Shown in pieces: positions 53,101 to 64,000 of a stretch of DNA of 64,000 bases (positions are counted from its first letter, which is position 1; each line of letters opens with the position of its first letter). Location: contig OZ316893.1 of assembly GCA_973895155.1 (NCBI GenBank), forward strand, positions 24,541,520 to 24,605,519. Direction: 5' to 3'. A model generated the notes under the pieces. That model was not told the DNA's origin. It worked only from the letters and a program-made list of their open reading frames with translations, and did no database searches. The position numbers and the translations under genes are program-made. The stretch comes from Marsupella aquatica. Its lineage: Eukaryota > Plantae > Marchantiophyta.

Positions 53101-56100
53101 GAGTATTGCTTCAGTGTGACTAGTCTTTGTATAATCCTATTGTTGGTGCTGAGTGGATGGATCGGACAGTTCAGAAAGTTCAGGCTTGAATGCCTTCGTC
53201 ACTCATTGTGTTGTAGCGTTTTAACACATCATTCTTGTTTTGGACAAATTGATGGAATGGTAGGGCCCTGGGGGTAGGGCGCAGGGCAATACACTGTGTT
53301 AGTGTTGTTGAGTTCACGGTTTGATTCAAACCTTGCTGATTGAAATTTTCTAATTGATCAGTAGGATTATGAACGAGGGTGGTAATCAACTGGAGGACCC
53401 ACTCAAGGACTACTATTGGACTGGAGAATGTCTGGCCAAGACAAACGATGGCTCCAAGAAGAGTGGCGCACTCAACTTCAATACTGTGGCATTGCTGACA
53501 ACCTGATTGGCACAAACGGTCGGAGCTAAATCACAAGAATGCCTTTGTGATTGCTTTGCTTTCGATGGTAGTTGTGATTGAGAGCCTTTGAGTGGGGAGG
53601 AAGGGGCTACAAGGTCGACAAGGCATATACAATTTTGGGCAAGAGCAAGATTTGCAATTGTAGAGACAAAGGACGGATGCAACAATTTTAGTCACAGGCC
53701 TTTTGGTTTCATTTTAGCAGCCGAGGATGCAGCACTTCCAATCGCAAGCCTTCCAGGCTCACTTTGGCTGCAAAGGACGTAGCACTTGCAATTATTGCAG
53801 GCCTTCCGGGTCTACTTTTTGGCAACAGATCAAGCTAGGACACAGCTTGCAGCGGCACTTCCAGCCCTTTTGTAGACGGTATGTTAGCTTTTTTCGCTAA
53901 TTAAAAGAATTTTAGGAAAGAAGAATTGGCACATGAATCATATATTGAAAAGCAATCCGTCATTTTGTATGTCTTCACAAGAAGCAGTGCCATACACGTC
54001 CATCACTAACTAAAATCCAATAGCCCAGTTGAATAGATTTTGTTGCATTTCAGAGGTAGCCGCATTTATGGAGCAACGTTTCTAACCGTGTATTGATTCC
54101 AAGGCTATTCAAGAACTTATAGTGCCTCTCGGATTTTGATTGTTTATTGCTTAATTTGCTAGTTGGCCAGTCATATATCTGAACGTCAGCATTTAGCGTG
54201 AGATTGTACAGATCAATTCTATGGTATCTGGAGCTATTCCTCACTAAATCCCATCTAGTCAAGTAATTACGTACTATTGGTCTATTGTTCGGCGCCTCAC
54301 TCAATTCAGCCAACAAGCCAAAAACGGTTCCGACAGATGGCTACGAAAACACATTGGAAACTACTATAAGTTCCAATTATGAGAGATATGATTGATTTTA
54401 ATGTCTGAGAATTTGAAGGCAAGAAATCTGGCTTTATACTCTTTTCGGGGTCAGTGTTGGTAGAATCGGATCATATTTCTATGTGAGCAGATTAGTTTAG
54501 TCAGTGTTTTATGATATTACAAAACCGAGAAGGATCAAAGCTCCGCGTTGTATTCTCAATCTGGATTATTTTCCCCTCAAGATCTTTGAAACCTTTTTGG
54601 CTTCGTACTACTACTGCCGTGGAATGTTTTGGGAATAATGATTCTACATGTAGACTAGCCAGGTTAAGCATGGAAAATGCAATTGTCACCGCCCTATACT
54701 TGGGAATAATTAAGTTTACCTGACTTAAAAATTGTTCTTTACAAATGTCAGAGTTCGGTCCCACAGATTGCAATATATGACCTTTTAATAGAAACCTTTC
54801 AGCATTGGAACTTGGAAGCTCTTGGCCTGCTGCTGCTGCTGTGCCTGCATGACATAGTAAGTATTAGCGGACCCACTTGGTCTAGCATTTCATTCCTCCT
54901 GCATGACATAGTAGGTACTAGCGGACCCACTTGGTCTGGCATGGATTGTGTCGTGGACTTCTACCTAAGTGCTAGAGGAATCATTCAAGCTATGTGATAT
55001 GATAGCTATGTGACAAGAATCCTGTGATAATTTTGGTTCCAATATAGTAGATGTTTTTGACTTTTGATTACAAGAATGTACAGTACTACTCACATCTTTT
55101 AGAAACGCCCTTCTTCGGGATGGGAACATTTTTGTAATCTCAAATAGTTATTCAATCTCAAAAGCTTACATCACTGCAGCTCTACGTTTGATTATAGAAC
55201 TATACAATACTCCCATCTTTTAGAAAAGCACTTTTTGATGATGCAAAGATTTTTTAATCTGAAAAGCTTACATCGTTGCAGCTCCGCTCACACTTTTTGG
55301 AAAAGTCCAGCGAAGAATAAATCTTGAACAGTTTTCAATCTCAGAAGTTTTATTATATGTTTTGCAGCTCTCACCCAGGACTTGCAGCCTACGTAAATTT
55401 GTGTGGTGACTTCTTCAATAACAATATGTGTGGTAATGATTGAAGCAGTGCCCTATTGGTGCAAGCGGTTGTGCCTGGAGAATAATTGTAGTAATCTTAT
55501 TTTGGTTTTATGGTGGAGACCGTTGTGCGTGAAGAATAATTGTTTTTCTTGGTAATGTTTGGAAGTGGTTGCTGTGGAGCTTTAAACAAAGGTGGAGGCC
55601 CTGTAGAAAAAATTGACACCCTGTCCCAACACGAGTGGCCAGAAATCCATAATAGGTAGGCCACATAGTGATGTAGCGCCCGCATATCTCATCTTGAATT
55701 GTTTGGTTTGGCTTTCCTCATTTCTTAAATTCTAGTTTGTTATTCTCACTATTTTCAAAGGCGACCAATACATCACGAGCATAGGTCATTTTCAAAGAAA
55801 CTGGGCCACTTTTGGTTATCATCAAGAATCTTGTATTTTGAAGAAGTGTTGAGAACGGTCTGCAGCAGCTGTGTGTATTACCTTATGCTAGGAATCTCCT
55901 ATCTTGTTTGGCATGCACATGGTGATGATCATCTCTGAATAGTTTTGTGTGCACAATCCCATGCAAAACTTGGGCCTGTATCATATTTTGTAATTATGTC
56001 ATAGAAGATACGTCATTCAAACTAAGCCAGCAATGAGATGTGCAAAATATTCAAATTTATTCCAGCTAAAGTCAGAGAGTTACTACTTAATTTTCTCTTA

Positions 56101-58085
56101 GCTGGACTTGACAGATTGGTCTTCTAAGGTATGCACTTGTGCTCTATGGATCATTGGGGGTACTACCTATCTTTGTCAGAAGTGGAGGGTGGAATTTTGA
56201 CCATTAACAATCACTTGGCGAGCTTCCATTTTTCACAGTTGCTAAGGAAGGGGACTCGACTGAACAAGCAAGTTGTAAGAGCTCTACCACCCAGGGCTCT
56301 GCCCAACTATGTTATAAGTTGGTATGTTTTAATCTTAGCAGTAAATGGTTATCACAAAATCAATAGTTCTACAGTTATCTAATATCATGCTTTCTTATTT
56401 GGTTGTTGTCCTTGGAGGTGGCTGTCACTACTTCAATTCAAGATGTAACTGGGTTTTTGAATCACATCGTAGCTACATCCACCAGCATGAAGTGTCTGAC
56501 CCCTCTGTAAGTCTCTGATCCCGCTTCCTCATGTGGTATATTTTGTGGCACCTAGTTTTTATGGTTTATGGTGACTGCAAAGAAAAATTCATGATCAGCT
56601 ACGAACTTACAAGTTCTGTGTGTGACATATAGGATTGCCTTTGCTTCAATACACATCTTGCTGTGATCAAATTCTTGTTAGTTTGACAGTGAGAATGTTG
56701 TGTTGGCTTGTGAGTCATTTACAGACCCCACATTCAAAAGAAGAGATCAGTGCCATTGGGGTTGTGAAATTGGATGTTGATGAGTTGAAAGGCACTATGA
56801 AGGAGTTGGCAAGCATGATGACTACATGGATGGTCCTTTCTTCTGAGTGCGTGTGATTGAAGTGTTTGTAGATGTGGCATTGTCATTTGCTAATGCTGGG
56901 GAGAACCAGTCTAAGTTATCTCATGTGAAGGGGATGAATGCCCTGTGGAACTCTAGATTGCTCAAGAAGCAGTAGAAGCAGCCATGGGCCAAGAAACACT
57001 AGACATGATAGAAGTAGGTTTTGTAGAATGAGAATGACAACTTTGTTTTTCTACACACATTCAGAGTTGTTAGGTATTTCAGATTGCAGCACTTGATATA
57101 CATCTAATAATATTGTGTATGCTTTTTCTCAATGTCTGTTTTCTTCATAAATTTGCATTGAGTTGAATAACTATTGTGTTCAATAACTATTGTGGGACTT
57201 AAGAATGTATCTTGTATGAATATCAATTGGATTCGTTAGGTATAGAATGTCTCTTTAGTGTTTCATTCAGCAAATCTATTGAATGACTTTGTAGTGTATG
57301 ATTCTTGAATGACATGAATTTTTGTCCAATATGACCATTTAAATTTGTATAACTCCAAGTCATTGAATACATGACTTGAATGACATATAAAATGACTGAT
57401 CTAATGGTCATCATGAACTTCTGTAATTGCATCCAATATATGACCCACCTCAAGTCATTAAAGACATAGCCTTACTGACATATAAAATGACTGATCTTAT
57501 GGTCATTATAGACGTATATAAATGTGTCCAATATGACTCTTTTCAAGTCATTCCAGACATGTCATTAATGACCAGTGTGTATCTCTACGCGTTTCTTCCC
57601 AATTTAACCATGTGTCTATATATGACTTGTCTATAATGTAGTCATTTTGGACACGTCCAAAATGACCCAAATTTATTGCCACATGGTTAAAATCCTTTGA
57701 GCCACATGTCACTCCTTGATTTGTTACATATTGTGCGTCATTTTGGACAAGTCCAAAATGACAAATGATCTTTGTTTTTTAATTGCCACGTGGCATTATA
57801 TAATTGGGTACGGATACAATCGACGGTGAACGGTGATTGACCGTTGACGGTGGTTTTTTGGTCATTTCAGACCGTTCACCATTTATGACCAAATCATAAA
57901 TTAAGTCATTTCAGACGGTATAAAATGACCACATGTTTTTTGCGTCATTTGTCCGAAAGGATCGTGACCAAAATGTCCGTTGTGACGCGTCTGGAAAGAC
58001 GAGAATGACTGCGTCATTGTTTTGTTGAAAAGACCATATAAATAGTCATTATTGCGGTCATAAAGAACCTTGTTTTGTACTAGTG
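50190..58085 (+). mobile_element. Non-autonomous CACTA element; right end intact, left TIR not found
   Basis: Ends ...TTTTGTACTAGTG at 58085. GTCAT/ATGAC subterminal repeats at ~57300-58070 and ~50700-51950. ~590-bp internal duplication (~50275 vs ~50860). Left boundary approximate. Confidence 0.65.
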
Positions 58086-60060
58086 TACTGTGGTAACCCC
58101 AATCACAAGGCTAATGAATGTGATATTGTTGCTGAGGACCTATCTTGTGATTTTTGCGGGAAAGTGGGCCACTTGGAGGCAGTTTGTTTTGCCAAATTCC
58201 CAGAGAGGAAGCAGCTATGACAACAGGCCACTCATCCTACTCCTGTTTCCACTCCCCCACCAGCTAGGAGGGCTCCTACTGCATCAGTTGCTCCTCCTTC
58301 CAGTGGCAAAGCACCCAATGCCAAAAAATTGCCCAAGCAGCAACAGAAGCAACCAGCTCAGAAGGAGGCTCACAACGCACAGGCAACTCAACTCCAGTCT
58401 CTGACTCATGAGGTTGAGTCCCTACGTGCCCAACTTGCCAACATCAAAGGCAAGTCAACTGCCTCTACTGGTCCTTCTCAATCGGCTGGTCACGTGCAAC
58501 CCATTCCTGGCCCAGGCACCACTGACAGTTCAGCATCTCTACCCCGCTCTTTCTATGGCTTGCCATTTGATGCTCATATGGGTGAGTGTGTGCTGTCCAC
58601 TGCTACACAGCCTGGCCTTACAGCAGAATTTTCAGATTCATTCTGCCCTTCCTATTTTGCTTACCAGCAGGCTAGTGCAGCCTCCCGTATTGCTCCCACA
58701 CGCCGCATTGTACAGGCTGATGGTCTTGCTGCCGGTCCTATGACTAGAGCCAGGGGAGCTCGGGCTGTCTTGCCCCAATCTTTTCAGCCACTCACACTTG
58801 CAGAAGAGCACACCTTGTTGGCGAGGGGGGAGGGAGCTGCAGCTACATCCATTCCACCACCAGGTGCTGCTAACATTTCACAGGGAGTTGTTTCTCCTGA
58901 GCTGCTTGAGCATTTCACCTCCGGTATGGCACAAAGGATTCTTACAACTCCACTTTTCAGTTGCCATGATTTACAACTGGATGCTAGAGCTGTCATCAGA
59001 GCGCTAGAGGGCTCACTGCATTCTTCATCGGCCCCTGTGACACCGGTTTTGGAGGTCCAATCTCATGTACATACTGGACCTTCTTCTTCTCCATTACATA
59101 TTTCCACTGGTTTGGCTATCCTAGTACCAATTTCCAGTGGTAGAGATGACAGTATTGTTGCAAATTGTGTGACCAGAGTTACATTTGATTCTGGTCATGC
59201 TGCCCCATCTTTCCTGACTATGTTGTTGAATGGAAAGACCGTGGACACTAACTCCCTTCACAAAGTACCTCATCTTTTTTTCCAAAAGTGGTGCCTAGCG
59301 ACAGGACTTCAGTTTCCACCACCATTGCCATTGTTGACAACAGGAATTCAGCGGTCAAGTTGGAGGGTCACACTCCTCAGGTGGTCATGCTAGACACAGG
59401 TGCTCAACCAGTGATATTGGGCATTCAGTTTGCCAAGATGATGGGGGATTGCTAACTGATCATTTACAGCAATCCAAGTGGCACATTCGGACTGCTAGTG
59501 GCACTGTGGAGGATGTGCTGGGTGAGAGTTCTACTTTACTCACTCTCACTTTTAATGGAGGTACAGATCAGGAACTGCATTTCCTAGTTAGATGTTTGGT
59601 TACCAATGCCACTACGTATGATGTGCTCATTGGCCAGGAGGCTTTGTTCCCACCAGGTTTTACCATTGACAACTGGCATGAGCATGCATACTACAGAGTT
59701 GATTGGCATACGGATGGCTCACACTTGGGCTACATTCCACTTGATTTGCATGGTGCTCATACACCTATGGCTCACCATTGTGTTTTGAAAGCAGTGCACA
59801 CGGCTACCTATGTCAACCACCCATTGCAGGATTGGATTGAGGAGAATGATGATGAGGTGGCTGCTGCACATGCTGCTGCATGTATAGCAGCACTTTCCAT
59901 CAATGTGGATCATCAACCAGAGGTGGTACAATGGCTCCAAGCACCCCATGGACCTTTGGTGGCTGCATTGCGCAAATTTGAGGACCTTGGGCAGCACAAT
60001 GGACAACCAATAGCCCCAATCTTGAGCGCACCAGTTACATGGACTCCTCCTCCGGATGGC

Positions 60061-61340
60061 CTTACATTGCTTGAGCTTTTTGGAGGCCTGGAAGCTCTCC
60101 TACAGTCTGGCATGGTGGTGAAGCAGTACATCTACGTGGACATTGATCCAGGTGCAAGGCAAGTGGCTGAATCCCATCTGCTGGAATTTTTAGAGTGATT
60201 TCCCCAGCAGTTTCCACACAGTGTATGGAAGTCTGCATTTTCTTTCTTCCCTCCAGATATCCAGATTGTCCAGCACCGACACTTAACCCTTCTTGGCTCC
60301 CTTGATTTGATCATAGCTGGTTGGGAATGCCAAGGGTTTTCAGCTGCTGGTCACGGTGTTGGACTGCATGATTCTCGTTCTGGCCTTTTCACAGCATTGG
60401 TTCAGATTCTCACTTGGGCTCAATCCCTTTATCATGTTGTTGGCTATATACCCGGCTATATATCATTGAGAATACTCCATCTCAGTTTGACCAGCGTCCA
60501 CAGGTCAAAGAGGATTTCAGTGTGGTCCAGCATTACTTGGGACCACCCCTTCTCATTGATGCAGTGCACTGTGGTTCTTATGCACATCGTCTTCGTAACT
60601 TTTGGACTAACCTTGCACCACCTTCCTTGTTGGAGTTAGCTCTTCACCACACATCCAGGGACACTAACCTCACGGTGGACCAGATTTTGGATCCTGATAG
60701 TTCTTGCCAACCAGTTACACGGCAAGAGCCAGCACCTTGGTATCCAGCCAATACCATTGGACAGCCCCATGTTGTTTGGCCTACATTTGTGTCCTTTCCA
60801 GGTGCACATGCTTTTTAGGGTGATGGTCCTGGCCTGTTTTACCGACATCTCGGGGGGGTCACTTCCACGGAAGTGACACATCACGTGCGACGAAGTATAG
60901 GCCCATTTAAATGGGTGTGGCGGAAGACTTCCAAAGTTTGGTGGAAGAACACATAGGGCATGTTTTATTGATTGGTCGACTTTAAAGAACACATAGGCCT
61001 ATTTAATTGCAAAAAATACTTTCTATAAAGTTTTTAGGGGTTTTTTAATAAAAAATGACAAAATTTTAAGAAAGAAAGGGCTTTGCAAAAAAAAAATTTC
61101 ACTTTAAAGTTAGGGGGGTCAAACCCTAAAACGTCGCACGCGATGTATGGCCCTCCATATAGTGACCCCCCCGAGACCGACATTCTACCAGTACATGGGA
61201 TGAACCTAGTCCTGAGGAGAGAGAACGGGCTATGGGCTTCCAACCCGGTACTACATGCCACACCAAAATCACCAAGCTGGCCAAAAATGCTTTACTTGGC
61301 AGGGTAATGGATCTTAATGCTCTCACTTGGCTTCTGGTCA
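60061..61340 (+). pseudogene. C5 cytosine DNA methyltransferase domain within the retrotransposon polyprotein
   Basis: Motifs in canonical order: I LELFGG (60070), II VDID, IV DLIIAGWECQGFS (60304-60342), V DSRSGLF, VI IIENT (60468), VIII HRLRNFW (60585), IX ERERAMGF (61217), X LLGRVMD (61292). A MITE is inserted between VIII and IX. Confidence 0.88.
60849..61175 (+). mobile_element. MITE, CTCGGGGG-TIR family (subfamily B), inside the MTase domain
   Basis: TIRs CTCGGGGGGGTCACT / AGTGACCCCCCCGAG; TSD ACCGACAT. Confidence 0.93.
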
Positions 61341-61679
61341 CTTGCATCCTTTTTCAGATGTACATTCATCCAGCATCAGGAGTTCCAACCTACCACTCCA
61401 TGGTGCTGCTACATGGCATCCAGACCAAGTGCACTTACCTCTATTCAACACTCACCGCTTCAGTCCAAGTGTTGGGGGGGAGGAGGTCCCTTGTAACGTG
61501 GCTGATATTATTTCTGAGTTTCATGGTGTGGATCAGACCAGAGCAACAGATACAACAGGCCTTGGAGAGGCCTCATCACCTTATCAGCAGCATGCTAGCA
61601 GCTTGGATAGTGGAGAGGCTAGCACTTCTGGCTCTTCAAGCACGAGTACATCAGGTCCTATTCCTAGTGTTGCCAACTA

Positions 61680-63301
61680 CACATTCATCATGGGAAACCA
61701 CCTGAGTAAAAGACAGAAGGACCAGCTGCTGAATTTGCTCCTCAAGCATGAGAAAGTGTTTGCTTTCTCTATGAAGGACTTGGGTAAGTGCAAGACCATG
61801 CAGTTCTCCATTGAGTTGGCTGATAAAACACCTATCTTCAGGCGGAGACATCGTTTGAGTAAGCATGAGTGGCAGCTGGTGGATGAGAGTTGCCAAGAGT
61901 TATATGAAGCTGGTCTTATTCAGCCATCTACATCAAATTTTGCAGCAGCTACAGTGATGCCAGCAAAGAAGGATTCTAGTGGATTGTGGACAGAGAAGCG
62001 CATGTGTGGGGACTACAGGCCACTGAACCTGGTCACACCCCAGGACAGGTACCCCATGCCACGGCCAGAGGAGCTATTTGACAGCATTGGAGACTCAGAC
62101 ATCTTCACTCTTGTGGATCTAAGGCAAGGCTTTAACCAGATTTTGCTGCTTGCAAAGGACCGCAAGAAAACAGCTTTCCATGGTAGTAACCAACTATGGG
62201 AGTGGTTGGTGATGCCATTTGGCTTGAAGAATGCGCCCATATTCTTTCAAAGAGTCATGGACCAGGTTCTTCAAGGTGCTGAGTTTCTGAAATGCTACAT
62301 TGATGATGTGTTGGTCCACAGCAAAGGATTTGACCAGCATCTACTTGACCTCGAGGAGCTATTCATGAGGCTTAAGAAGGTGAACCTAAAGATACACCCC
62401 AAGAAGTGTGAATTTGTTGTCAGATCAGTAGTATACCTTGGGCACCGCATTCTTCCAAATGGAACCATGGCTCACTGGGCCAAGGTGGTATCCATCAGAT
62501 TGGAAATGCCCACTCCTACCGATGTTCACACTTTGAGGAGTTTTATTGGGTTGTGCAATTACTATCGGATCTACATCAAATATTTCAGTACCATTGCACA
62601 CCCATTGTATGCTTTGTTGAAAAAGAATGTGACTTGGACATGGAGTACAGATGCTGAGGCAGCATTTGCCACTTTGAAGGAGAAGCTCTCAGAATACCCG
62701 GTGCTGAGAAGACCTGATTTCAGCAAGGTCTTTGTGTTACACACAGATTGGAGTGCCCTTGGGATTGGTGCCATGCATTCTGGGCCAGCATGATGAGGAA
62801 GGTAAAGAGTACGTCATTGCCTATGCATCCAGGAGCAACAATCAGGCAGAGAGTCATTATTCTTCTTATGAGGGTGAATGCCTTGTTGTTGTGTGGGCTG
62901 TCATACATTACAGGCCCTACCTCTATGGGACCAGGTTTGTTCTCTACACCGACCACCAGCCCTTGAAGTGGTTGATGACCAACGACAAGCTTACTGGCAA
63001 GCTTGCTCGTTGGGCGCTCATACTCCAGGAGTATGATTTTGAGGTAATTCATAGGCCTGGTGTGACACATCAAAATGCTGACACTATGTCCCGCAGCCCT
63101 TTGATAGCCTCTGATGATTCCTCAGATGCACGGCAGGATTTTGACCAGGTTTCCATCCTGCCTACATTTCATGTATCTTCCTATCTTGCTTTGCTGCCAT
63201 GCTACATTGTTGACCAACCTGTGGTGGACATATGGGAGGACAGCGACACTCTGAGATTTTTGCAGCATGGGGAGTACCCCATACATGTTACTGCAACCTA
63301 G
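61680..63301 (+). pseudogene. pol: Reverse transcriptase and RNase H of the Gypsy pol
   Basis: ORFs 61327-62793 and 62732-63301 are joined by a frameshift at ~62773; YIDD active site. Confidence 0.93.
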
Positions 63302-63368
63302 AGAGACCGAATTCAGCAAAGGTCCAAGCGTTACTTGTGGAAGGGAGATCATCTCGTGCGTTGCATGC

Positions 63369-63664
63369 CTCGGGGGTCTCACTTCCACAAAAATGGCATA
63401 TCACGTGCGACGAAGGATAGGGTCATTTTATTGGTTCTAAGGGAAGACTTAAGAATTTTTGTAGAAGAACAATAGGGTCTTTTAAATTCAATTTTGAGAC
63501 TTATAAGAATATAAAGGTCTTTTTAATCCAAATTTTAGAATATTCCAAGAATATTCCAACTTTATAGGGGTTAAAAAATAATTTTTTTTCTTACATTTTA
63601 GGGGGTCCGAGGCCTAAAAACGTCGCAGGCGATGGGGAGGTCCCCATATAGTGAGACCCCCGAG
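63369..63664 (+). mobile_element. MITE, CTCGGGGG-TIR family, between RNase H and integrase
   Basis: TIRs CTCGGGGGTCTCACT / AGTGAGACCCCCGAG; TSD TTGCATGC; near-identical to 4600-4901. Confidence 0.94.
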
Positions 63665-64000
63665 TTGCATGCCAGACAGGGAAGTGGTGGTTCCACCCAT
63701 TCATGAGAGGGTTGGCCTTATCCGTAAGGTACATTCTGAGCTTGGTCATTTTGGCGTTAAGAGACTTACAGCCTCTTGGTCCCTCATTATCATTGGAGAG
63801 GCATGCATGGCCAGGTTCGAGATGTTATTGCCCGGTGTGAATAGTGTGATAGAGTGAGGACTTCTTTGACATCTCGGCAACCCACACTTCATCCACTCCC
63901 TATTCAGGGCATGTTTTTATCGCTGGTCATGTGATTTGGCTGGAGAATTACCCCTCACATCTCGGGGTAATCTCTACATCATGATCATGATAGAGCATTT

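Larger units (their letters stand above)
58086..64000 (+). mobile_element. Ty3/Gypsy LTR retrotransposon (gag-PR-C5 MTase-RT-RNaseH-INT), 5'-truncated, runs off window
   Basis: CCHC knuckles YCGNPNHKANEC and CDFCGKVGHLEAVC (58086-58190). Protease LDTGA (59390). RT RMCGDYRPLN, YPMP and YIDD (62296). RNase H LHTDWS, YASRS and TDHQPL. Integrase GHFG..C..C and WSCDLAG. Several stops and frameshifts. Confidence 0.95.

Overview
Eukaryotic nuclear DNA from a land plant, probably a seed-free lineage such as a bryophyte (inferred from GT-AG introns, plant TE types, TTTAGGG repeats and a GRAS gene). Two intact host genes lie on the minus strand: an 8-exon organellar ERA-like GTPase (22462-26996) and a single-exon GRAS transcription factor (41570-43741). 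Most of the remainder is nested, decayed transposons: two CACTA 3' ends, a large Sola-like (DUF7869-type) DDD transposon split by a 3.8-kb ORF-containing solo LTR, Helitron-like elements, Tourist MITEs, tRNA-derived SINE-like elements and eight copies of a ~300-bp MITE family with 8-bp TSDs. The main finding is a Ty3/Gypsy retrotransposon (58086 to window end) whose polyprotein carries a C5 cytosine DNA methyltransferase domain between the protease and the reverse transcriptase. A second is an orientation-mirrored array of CTCGAGA-N3-TCTCGAG palindromes around the divergent promoter region of the large DNA transposon. Family assignments come from motifs recognised by eye; no database searches were run.
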